Part shown: positions 49,175 to 57,403 of the stretch, in pieces | Position numbering within the stretch: position 1 is the stretch's first letter | How the letters are laid out: every line of letters begins with the position of its first letter | Source of the DNA: a bacterium | Lineage (GTDB): Bacteria > Cyanobacteriota > Vampirovibrionia > Gastranaerophilales > JBAXKC01 | Assembly: GCA_037137535.1 (NCBI GenBank) | Contig: JBAXKC010000005.1 | Span: 32,001-96,000, forward strand | Length of the DNA stretch: 64,000 nucleotides | Direction of reading: 5' to 3' | The notes under the pieces: model-generated | The model's input: only the letters and a program-made list of their open reading frames with translations | What the model was told of the DNA's origin: nothing | Database searches by the model: none | Program-made: the position numbers and the translations under genes

Positions 49175-50200
49175 TTAAAACTTCTTACAAGCAGGGCTTG
49201 TTATATCAGGAAGTATTATGAAAGAAGATTTTTTATTTTCATTTGTTGTTAATATAGGTTTCCAATAATCTTTTACAAGTAATTTAAAGTTCTTGTCTTT
49301 TTCAAATTTTAAATTTATTAAGGAAGTTTTTAGTTTGGCACTACTTTGATAATATTTTCTCTCATAAATATATATAATTGCTTCTGAATTGGTAGAGTTA
49401 ATTACTGATGAAATATAAGAAATAACGTGTTCATAATAATCTTGGGCTGTTATTGATAATAAAATATCCACATAAAAATTAAGATTATCCTTTGAATAAA
49501 TTGTTATAAATCCTTCGGCTTCATTTCGTTCTTGATTTATAAATACAAGTTTTTTAGGGTTGTATTTTCTTAAATAATCTAATAAACTGTTTTTTAGGCT
49601 TATTTTGTAATCATTTTTTGATTTTTTTAATGAAACTCTAAATTGTGGATACAATGTAAAAGTATCAAGCTCTAAAAGCTCTTCAGCGTCTTTAGACCTG
49701 ATTTCTCTGATTTTATAGCCATCAAGTTTTATTTTTTCAACATCATTACTTTTGAGTTTCCAGATGTCAATTTCACTTAAATACCTAAATCCACAACCAT
49801 TTTGAAAAAGTGCAATAGTTTCTGTTTGCATGGACTCAAGTGCTGTTATGAAAGATTGAACACCGGCACCGCCATATTTATTTACAACATAATTAACTAA
49901 CTGTTTGCCAATATCAAGATTATTCTGATCAAGAATTAGCCTGTTAATTCTCCATCTCGTGTTGTGTTTATTATCAGGCATAAGGCCTATCAAACCAAGG
50001 AGTTCACCTTTATTTACCGCTACATAATTTTGTTCAAGAAACCTCATATTTAGAGGCATACTGTCATTGAATAAGGATAGCGGGAAAAAAGTGAACTTCC
50101 TGTCTGATATAATGCTATAAACATTTGCAGGCTCAATAAATTCAATTTTTTGAGCCAGTTTTTTTATATCTGAAGGTATAAAACGTCTAATTTTTAGCAT
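49175..50200 (-). CDS. Hypothetical protein, probable tandem GNAT-like fold
   Basis: YVAV..GELLGLI, WRINRL, IGKQLV, ALFQNGCGF resemble GNAT motifs. Confidence 0.55.
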   Translation of the reverse strand: MLKIRRFIPSDIKKLAQKIEFIEPANVYSIISDRKFTFFPLSLFNDSMPLNMRFLEQNYVAVNKGELLGLIGLMPDNKHNTRWRINRLILDQNNLDIGKQLVNYVVNKYGGAGVQSFITALESMQTETIALFQNGCGFRYLSEIDIWKLKSNDVEKIKLDGYKIREIRSKDAEELLELDTFTLYPQFRVSLKKSKNDYKISLKNSLLDYLRKYNPKKLVFINQERNEAEGFITIYSKDNLNFYVDILLSITAQDYYEHVISYISSVINSTNSEAIIYIYERKYYQSSAKLKTSLINLKFEKDKNFKLLVKDYWKPILTTNENKKSSFIILPDITSPACKKF

Positions 50201-50213
50201 TTAACTTCTTTAA

Positions 50214-50672
50214 TTATATTACTTCTACAATTAATTCAACTTCTACTGAAGAATTCAGCGGTAATGTGTTTACACCAACAGCTGAACGAGCATGTTTGCC
50301 TTTATCTCCAAAGACGTCGCCTAATAAGTCAGAAGCTCCGTTAATAACTTTTGGTTGATCTGTGAATAATGAATCACTATTTACAAATCCAACAACTTTA
50401 ACAATTCTTACAACATTATCAAGTCCGACAATATCGTTAATTACACTTAGAGCATTGATAACGCAAAGTTTAGCTCCTTCATAGCCATGTTCGATATTAT
50501 TTTCAAATCCGCCAATTTTACCAGTATAAGCAAGTTTACCTTCTTTCATTGGTAAAACTCCTGAGGTGAAAACGAGATTTCCTGTTCTAACGGCAGGAAT
50601 ATATGTAGCAACCGGTTGTGGTGCAGGTGGAAGTTCTATTCCAAGTTCTTTTAATCTTTCAAGTATTGACAT
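50214..50672 (-). CDS. RidA/YjgF-family protein
   Basis: PVATYIPA, SGVLP, QPKVINGASD, HARSAVG, VEVE. Confidence 0.92.
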   Translation of the reverse strand: MSILERLKELGIELPPAPQPVATYIPAVRTGNLVFTSGVLPMKEGKLAYTGKIGGFENNIEHGYEGAKLCVINALSVINDIVGLDNVVRIVKVVGFVNSDSLFTDQPKVINGASDLLGDVFGDKGKHARSAVGVNTLPLNSSVEVELIVEVI

Positions 50673-50722
50673 AATTTTTACTCCTTAACACAAAATTCCA
50701 ACTTAAATTTTAACAGAAACAA

Positions 50723-51625
50723 TTATACGTTTCCAGCGTATACATATTGCAAACCTGCTTTTTTCCCAATTTCGACACCTTCATATATTTTTTCTAATGG
50801 AGTAGGCGGTAAATGAGCCATTTTGTATTGAGGAAAAAACCTTGTAACGTGCCACGGGGTATCTTTTCCAAGTTTAGTTGCAATCCATTCGGCAGTTTTT
50901 TCAAAATTGTCTACGCTATCATTTATGGTAGGAATAATGTTTGTAATAATTTCAACATGCATTTCTAATTGCTTTGCTCTTTCAATTGTTTCACGAACTT
51001 TGTGTCCATTTTTGGCATTACAAAATTCTTCATAAAATTTATCATCCATACTTTTTACATCGGCTCTGAATACATCAAGATATGGAGCAATTAGCTCTAG
51101 TGCTTCAACTGTCATATAGCCGTTGGTCACATATACAGTATAAAAGCCTTGTTCTTTTGCAAGTTTTGCCGAGTCTATTGTATATTCAAGCCATATTGCA
51201 GGTTCGTTATACGTCCAGCTCAAGCCTTGACAGTTATTTTTCGCAATTATACTTACAAGATGTTCTGGTGATAATTGTCCGCTTTTATTTAAAAGTGCTT
51301 TTATTTGTGGATTAGCTAAACTTTCAGCAGACACTTGCGATATTTGCCAATTCTGACAATGTTTACAGTTAAAATTACAGCCAAAACTTCCAACAGAAAG
51401 AACTTTTGTTCCTCGTCTATAATTGTAAACAGGTTTTTTTTCTATAGGGTCTGCGGCAATAGAAGAAATAAGTCCATAAGTATTTAAAACCATTTCCCCG
51501 TTAATATTTTTTCTTGAAAAGCATCGGGCTATTGTATTTTGCGGAATAACGCATTTGTGATTACAGACATAGCATCGAACAAATCCATTTTTTAATTTTT
51601 CCCATAATAAGGCTTTATTACTCAT
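50723..51625 (-). CDS. amrS: AmmeMemoRadiSam-type radical SAM enzyme (PFL-activase-like)
   Basis: CYVCNHKC, DPIEKKP, GCNFNCKHCQNWQISQ, TYNEP, PWHVTRFFP, YVYAGNV. Confidence 0.85.
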   Translation of the reverse strand: MSNKALLWEKLKNGFVRCYVCNHKCVIPQNTIARCFSRKNINGEMVLNTYGLISSIAADPIEKKPVYNYRRGTKVLSVGSFGCNFNCKHCQNWQISQVSAESLANPQIKALLNKSGQLSPEHLVSIIAKNNCQGLSWTYNEPAIWLEYTIDSAKLAKEQGFYTVYVTNGYMTVEALELIAPYLDVFRADVKSMDDKFYEEFCNAKNGHKVRETIERAKQLEMHVEIITNIIPTINDSVDNFEKTAEWIATKLGKDTPWHVTRFFPQYKMAHLPPTPLEKIYEGVEIGKKAGLQYVYAGNV

Positions 51626-51627
51626 AA

Positions 51628-52935
51628 TTATTCATTCCATAGCTTGCTAAATTCGTTTATGGTTTCTTCTAGCCATTCTCTTCCTTTAGCTAAACTCTTC
51701 CAATCAAGTTTTTCATCCGATGAGTGCATATTTTCTATATTCGCCAATCCGACTAAGATAGGTAAGAATTTTTCACCTTTTTCATTCGTTTTTTCATTTG
51801 CATAAATATGAGTTTCAGCACCTGCATGGAAAACACTTTCTTTTGAGTTAATCTCAAGGTTATTTGCCGCTATGCTTATCGCCTTGCTTAACGGATTATT
51901 TTCTGATTTAAGAAAAGGTTTTAGATGCTTTTGTATGACAACTTCAACTTTTATTTTACCGTTATATTTTTTTTCTGTTTCTGAAACGATATTTTTAATA
52001 ATATTTAATAATTCTTCTTCAGGCTCAATTTCACTACTGCGTAAGGAATATGAAATATAGGCTTCTGAAGAAATTATGTTTAATGGTGATTCTTGAGAAA
52101 TTGTTTTCATTGCTTCTTTTGCCGCATATTTTGGAAGAATATTTTTTTGAGTTTTTATATTTGCTATGGTATCTTTTATAGCCTCATTAAAATAACCGCC
52201 TGCCGAACCTCCGATAATTACACCTGCATTTATGGAAGTTACAACACCTTTATCAGTTTGCTTAAATACACCTTGAGGTATTTTAGAATCTATTTCCGTT
52301 AAAATTTTAATAGCACTGATTCTGTCGATATCAGATATATTAATCCCCGAGTGTCCGCCTTTTCCACCTGTTACATTAATATAAACATTGGTAAAGCCAG
52401 CCCCTGCAACGTCATGCTCTCCGAGTTTTTCACCGTCTGCAACAATTACATATTTTGATTTTAATTTTGAAGTATCAAGATTTCTTATTCCGGTCATTCC
52501 CATTTCTTCGTCTTTGGTGAATGTTGCTTCAAGCATTCCATGAGAAGTTTTTGAGTCAAGACTGTTTAGGCCTATTAAGAGATCCATTATTGCAGCTACG
52601 CCAGCTTTATTATCTGCACCAAGCGTTCTTGTCTTATCAGTTTCAATAAAAACACCGTTTTTAGATAATTTTAAGTTAACAGCATCAGAACCTCCAACTA
52701 CGTCCATATGTGCTGATAATAAAAGTGAAGGGATGTTTTTACAACCCGAAGAAGCAGGGATTTTAGCTATAACATTACCAAAAGTATCATATTTAGCAGC
52801 AATTCCATGAATGCTTAAAATTTCTATGATTCTTTCTGATACTTGTTTCTCTTTCCCCGATGGAGACGGGATTTCAGCGAGTTCGCAAAAAAGATCAATA
52901 ACTCTGTGTTCTTTTTTTATCTGCTCAAGGTTCAT
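51628..52935 (-). CDS. M20-family metallopeptidase (peptidase T-like)
   Basis: SAHMDVV, LGADNKAGV, DEEMG, GGHSG, NMHSSDE. Confidence 0.88.
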   Translation of the reverse strand: MNLEQIKKEHRVIDLFCELAEIPSPSGKEKQVSERIIEILSIHGIAAKYDTFGNVIAKIPASSGCKNIPSLLLSAHMDVVGGSDAVNLKLSKNGVFIETDKTRTLGADNKAGVAAIMDLLIGLNSLDSKTSHGMLEATFTKDEEMGMTGIRNLDTSKLKSKYVIVADGEKLGEHDVAGAGFTNVYINVTGGKGGHSGINISDIDRISAIKILTEIDSKIPQGVFKQTDKGVVTSINAGVIIGGSAGGYFNEAIKDTIANIKTQKNILPKYAAKEAMKTISQESPLNIISSEAYISYSLRSSEIEPEEELLNIIKNIVSETEKKYNGKIKVEVVIQKHLKPFLKSENNPLSKAISIAANNLEINSKESVFHAGAETHIYANEKTNEKGEKFLPILVGLANIENMHSSDEKLDWKSLAKGREWLEETINEFSKLWNE

Positions 52936-53110
52936 AAATACTTCCTTTCAAACATGCTTTGCGAATACCATTTTGTTTATGTAATAATTAAACTACATCT
53001 ATATGTGTTATTGTATGTGAATTTTCTTTTATTTTATAATGTAATAGAAAATAAAGGATTTTATTCTCTGATTATATCAAATCTTTGAGAAACTAAAGCA
53101 GGAGAAAAAA

Positions 53111-53236
53111 ATGAGCGAATATGTTTTTAAAATGAAAAAAGGCGAAATTGAGATTGAATTGAAATCTGATGATGCCAGATTCATTGAAGATCAACTTGAC
53201 AAGTGGAGAGAAGCTCTTCTTAATAAAGAAGACTAA
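53111..53236 (+). CDS. Small 41-aa protein, homologous to N-terminal domain of downstream gene
   Basis: Not in ORF track; RBS AGGAG then MSEYVFKMKKGEIEIELKSDDARFIEDQLDKWREALLNKED*. Confidence 0.8.
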   Translation: MSEYVFKMKKGEIEIELKSDDARFIEDQLDKWREALLNKED

Positions 53237-53258
53237 AAACTGAAGGAAGGGTAAAGCA

Positions 53259-54584
53259 TTGCCTCACTATTATTTATTCAAACTAAAAAAGAATGATGTG
53301 GTTTTTGAATTTTCTTCTCAAGACCCTAAGCTGATGTATTCTCAGTTCAATAAATGGGCTGAAGAATTAATTGGTTCAACTTCAAAAAAAATCGGTTCGC
53401 CTGTAAAAAAGGCCGAGCCTGTTAAAGTTCAACAAGCTGTAAAAATTGAGAAAAAACAAGAACCTATTATTATAGAAACTGTTAAAGTTGTTACAAGAGA
53501 AGAATATGAGGCAATGCAAAAGCAGCAGGCTGCTCCGCTTGAACCTGCTGAAATACCTCAACCGGTATTAAAGGATTATCCTGAAGAATTTGAAGAAGAA
53601 GCCACAATTGTAGAAGAACCTGTTCAGCAAGAAGTAGTTCAAGTCGAGGAAATTCAAGAGCCTATTATACAGGAAGTTAAAAAAGTAATTTCTGAACAAT
53701 TACCGCCTCCTGTCAAATTAAGGTCTTTAAGTCTTGATGATATTGATATCAGCACAAGACAAGAACCTATTGTTCAACAAACAGAAGAAATTAAAGATGA
53801 TTTTATTACTTTTGAAACAATAGAAAAAAAACCTGAAATTATAATTGAAGAACCTTCTGTTAAAGAAACAGAAGAGGTTGTGACTTTCCCTAATGCAGTT
53901 GAATCAACTTCAAAGTTTAAACTTACTGAAGATAATGAGCCAAAAGCATATGAATTTAAGACTTTTAATCAGGATGAAGTGTTTGAAGAAGAGCCTGCCG
54001 TAACAGATAAAGCTGTTGAAGAAGCTGTAATAAATGAAAAGTTCAAACCTTCAAATGTAACTGCAAGTGATGCTTCAAAAGATCAATTCTTTAAAATATT
54101 ACAAAAAAAGTTTAGTTCAATAGTTGACGAACCTGAAGTTGAAGAAGTTAAGCCTAAGAATATTATTAAAGAAGAACTTCCGCCTCTTTCAAGTCCGGAA
54201 GTCGAATATAAGAAACCGGAAATAAGTTCTTATACTCCGCTTGAAGAAGTGAGAACCGCTCCTCAGCCTTCAATGCAAAATAAAGCATTGGATTTGAAAA
54301 ATTTAGATAATTTGATTCAGTTGAAAAAACCTGATAATATGTTTGATTATTTACTTATAGCCGCATATTATTTAAAAGAAGGTGAGTTTTTAGATCGTTA
54401 TTCTCTAAAGCAGATGAATTCTAAAATATTTCCATATACCAGAAAGCCTATTGATCACTCTATAATTCAAAAAGCTGTTGCCAGAAATTACATTGAGGTA
54501 GTACCTGACTATACAGGAATGGCTGAAGTTACTGAATATGTTATTACTGATGAAGGCGAGAATTATTTAATAAATGAACTCTAA
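53259..54584 (+). CDS. Hypothetical protein: small N-domain, long E/P-rich disordered linker, C-terminal winged-helix-like domain
   Basis: TTG start after GAAGG; C-terminus DYLLIAAYYL...YVITDEGENYL. Confidence 0.75.
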   Translation: MPHYYLFKLKKNDVVFEFSSQDPKLMYSQFNKWAEELIGSTSKKIGSPVKKAEPVKVQQAVKIEKKQEPIIIETVKVVTREEYEAMQKQQAAPLEPAEIPQPVLKDYPEEFEEEATIVEEPVQQEVVQVEEIQEPIIQEVKKVISEQLPPPVKLRSLSLDDIDISTRQEPIVQQTEEIKDDFITFETIEKKPEIIIEEPSVKETEEVVTFPNAVESTSKFKLTEDNEPKAYEFKTFNQDEVFEEEPAVTDKAVEEAVINEKFKPSNVTASDASKDQFFKILQKKFSSIVDEPEVEEVKPKNIIKEELPPLSSPEVEYKKPEISSYTPLEEVRTAPQPSMQNKALDLKNLDNLIQLKKPDNMFDYLLIAAYYLKEGEFLDRYSLKQMNSKIFPYTRKPIDHSIIQKAVARNYIEVVPDYTGMAEVTEYVITDEGENYLINEL

Positions 54585-55647
54585 TACTAAAAAAACTAGA
54601 GTTGCTGTTGCTATGAGTGGCGGTGTAGATAGTAGCGTTGCAGCTTTATTATTAAAAAATCAAGGTTATGACGTAATTGGGATAACAGGGGTTATGCATT
54701 GTGGTAATAATGCTAATGATGCTGTTATAAATGCAAAAAAAGTTTGTGAAATACTAGGTATTTCACATTTTGTTATTGATATGAAAGAACTTTTTCAAGA
54801 AAAGGTTGTTGATTATTTTGTAAATAGCTATAAAGAAGGATTAACTCCAAATCCTTGTCCTGTTTGTAATAAATTTATAAAATGGGGTAAACTCAGAAAA
54901 ACTGCTCATGAGTTGTATTTTGCTGATTTTATAGCAACAGGGCACTACGCCAATATTTCAAATGAAAAGGGTACTTATAAGCTAATTCAAGCTAAAGATA
55001 ATAAAAAAGATCAGCTATATATGTTACATACACTAACGCAGGAAGATATTTCAAAAACAATGTTTCCTTTAGCAAATCTTGTTAAATCGCAAGTTAGAGA
55101 AATTGCAAGGGAAAATAACTTACCTGTTGCAGATAACAAAGAAAGTCAGGATGTTTGCTTTATTCAACCTCCTTTAACTACTCCAAAGTTTTTATCTGAC
55201 AATATTGGTGAAAAAGAAGGCATGTTTGTAAGTATTCATACTAATGAAGTTTTAGGTAAGCATTCAGGCTATTATAAATATACGATTGGACAACGTAAAG
55301 GTATTGGCATTGCTCATAAAGAACCATTATATGTTGCAGGTTTAAATCCGAATGAAAATATTGTTTATCTTTGTTATAAAGATGATCTTTTTTCTACAAC
55401 AACATTTGTTGAGAATATGAATTGGGTATTACCCGAATATTCAAAAAATGATTTTGAGGCCTTTTGCAAAATAAGATATAATACGTCGGCAAAAAAAGCT
55501 AAAATAATACATCTTGATAATAATAAAGTGAAAATTATATTTGATGAGCCTGAATCAGCTGTAACAATAGGACAAATGGCTGTTATCTATTCTGCTGACA
55601 ATAGTTTTCTTATTGGTGGCGGAACAATATACGGAGTAAATGAATAA
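54574..55647 (+). CDS. mnmA: tRNA 2-thiouridylase
   Basis: AMSGGVDSS, TPNPCPVCN, ATGHYA, KDQ, ESQDVCF, YTIGQRKG. Confidence 0.97.
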   Translation: MNSNTKKTRVAVAMSGGVDSSVAALLLKNQGYDVIGITGVMHCGNNANDAVINAKKVCEILGISHFVIDMKELFQEKVVDYFVNSYKEGLTPNPCPVCNKFIKWGKLRKTAHELYFADFIATGHYANISNEKGTYKLIQAKDNKKDQLYMLHTLTQEDISKTMFPLANLVKSQVREIARENNLPVADNKESQDVCFIQPPLTTPKFLSDNIGEKEGMFVSIHTNEVLGKHSGYYKYTIGQRKGIGIAHKEPLYVAGLNPNENIVYLCYKDDLFSTTTFVENMNWVLPEYSKNDFEAFCKIRYNTSAKKAKIIHLDNNKVKIIFDEPESAVTIGQMAVIYSADNSFLIGGGTIYGVNE

Positions 55648-55663
55648 TTTAAAGGATTAGGGT

Positions 55664-57403
55664 ATGAATAATATTCAAAAGACACTAGCTGTTTCTTTGC
55701 TATCTCTTTCTCTATCAACTTGTGCATTTTCAAAAAATGCAGTTTATCATCATAAAAATATTCATTCTGTAAAAAAGAATAAAATAGCAGTCAAAAAGCT
55801 CACTTATGTAAAAAATAAAAAAAATGTTGTAACTCCTAAGCATGAAGTTTTTATTAAGAATGATGATTCAATTAAAACGGCAATAACAGTTAATGACGGT
55901 ATAACCTTTGATGATTTGGTTGCGTTATCAAAAAATCCACATCCTGACGGTGTTTTAGGTTATAAACTTCAAAAAGTATTAACTACTCCAATAGTTGATA
56001 ATACTATTAATCCTAATCCTTCATCTGATGAAAAATATAGTACCTCAATTGGTGATTATATCAGGGTAGCCAGTTGGAATATTGAAAGAGGTTTGAATTT
56101 AGATAATATAAAATTATTATTTTCTAATGATGATGAGTTGTTGAAAAAAGTTAATCCTAAAGCTAATAAAATTGATGTAGAGAAAGAGGCTAATCAACTT
56201 AAGCAGTCTGATATTATTGTAATGAATGAAGTTGATGACGGTATGCCGAGGACAGGATACAGAAATGTTGCTAAAGAATTAGCAGAAACCTTACATTATA
56301 ATTATGCTTATGCACCTGAATTTTTAGAAGTGGACCCCGCTCATCTTGGTGAGGAAGATTGCCAGTGGTCAGAAGAAAAATATCTATTTCCAGATAAAAA
56401 ATATGAAGTAGATAAATCTAAATACAAAGGTCTTCATGGAAATGCAATTTTAAGTAAATATCCCCTTGAAAATGTTAGAATTGTAAGACTTCCAGCGGCT
56501 TATGATTGGTTTCAAGGTGAAAGAGATAAGGTAACTGAACTGGAAACAGCAAGAAGAGAAGCTGCTAAGGTTATTTTTAAAGAGGAAATGCTAAGAGAAA
56601 TCAGGCAAGGTGGCAGAATGGCTATAATTGCCGATGTGGTAGTTCCGAAAACAAATCAAAAAATTACTGTAGTTGCGGCACATATTGAAAATAGAACTAC
56701 TCCTGCTAGAAGACTTGTTCAGCTAAAAGCTATACTTGATGATATAAAAGATGTTCATAACCCTGTAATATTCGCAGGTGACTTTAATACAACTATATCT
56801 GATGGCTCTCCGACAAGTGTAAAAAAAGAAGTCTTAAAAAGAATAACCGATCCTGAGTTTATTGCCAGAAATGCAATAATGACAATGCTTCCTTTATCAT
56901 ATGTTGTTAATATTTCATCTTTAACAGGTAATTTCGTTAGAAAATACACCGACCCTACAGTAAAAAATATACCTGTAATCGCTCCTAACAAAGAAAGATC
57001 TTTCTTTAATACTTTAAGAAAATTTACTTTTAATGACGGTTATCAGTTTGATTTCAGAGGGGAGAAAAATAGAACCCGTAAAGGTGAAAATGGTCTTATT
57101 GCTCAATCTAATGAACGTCAATATAAAGGTTTTGTACCTACTTATGTATTTGAGCGTCCGCTTGTTCTAGGGCGTTATAAATTAGATTGGATTTTTGTAA
57201 AATCATTCTCTGAAAAATCGACTGATGATGATCAAAGTTTTAAACTTGCTCCACATTTCGGCTCAACATTAAGGGCATTAAATTATTCATTTACTCCGAT
57301 ATTATCTGATCATGCGCCAATAACTGCAGATTTACCTTTAAATGAACCGCCCAAGCATATAAAAAGAGAAAAATCGATAAAGACGACTAAGGAAAATAAA
57401 TAA
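55664..57403 (+). CDS. Secreted endonuclease/exonuclease/phosphatase (EEP) family protein
   Basis: Signal peptide; ASWNIERG, MNEVD, GNAILSKYP, AGDFNT, KLDWIFV, LSDHAPI. Confidence 0.88.
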   Translation: MNNIQKTLAVSLLSLSLSTCAFSKNAVYHHKNIHSVKKNKIAVKKLTYVKNKKNVVTPKHEVFIKNDDSIKTAITVNDGITFDDLVALSKNPHPDGVLGYKLQKVLTTPIVDNTINPNPSSDEKYSTSIGDYIRVASWNIERGLNLDNIKLLFSNDDELLKKVNPKANKIDVEKEANQLKQSDIIVMNEVDDGMPRTGYRNVAKELAETLHYNYAYAPEFLEVDPAHLGEEDCQWSEEKYLFPDKKYEVDKSKYKGLHGNAILSKYPLENVRIVRLPAAYDWFQGERDKVTELETARREAAKVIFKEEMLREIRQGGRMAIIADVVVPKTNQKITVVAAHIENRTTPARRLVQLKAILDDIKDVHNPVIFAGDFNTTISDGSPTSVKKEVLKRITDPEFIARNAIMTMLPLSYVVNISSLTGNFVRKYTDPTVKNIPVIAPNKERSFFNTLRKFTFNDGYQFDFRGEKNRTRKGENGLIAQSNERQYKGFVPTYVFERPLVLGRYKLDWIFVKSFSEKSTDDDQSFKLAPHFGSTLRALNYSFTPILSDHAPITADLPLNEPPKHIKREKSIKTTKENK

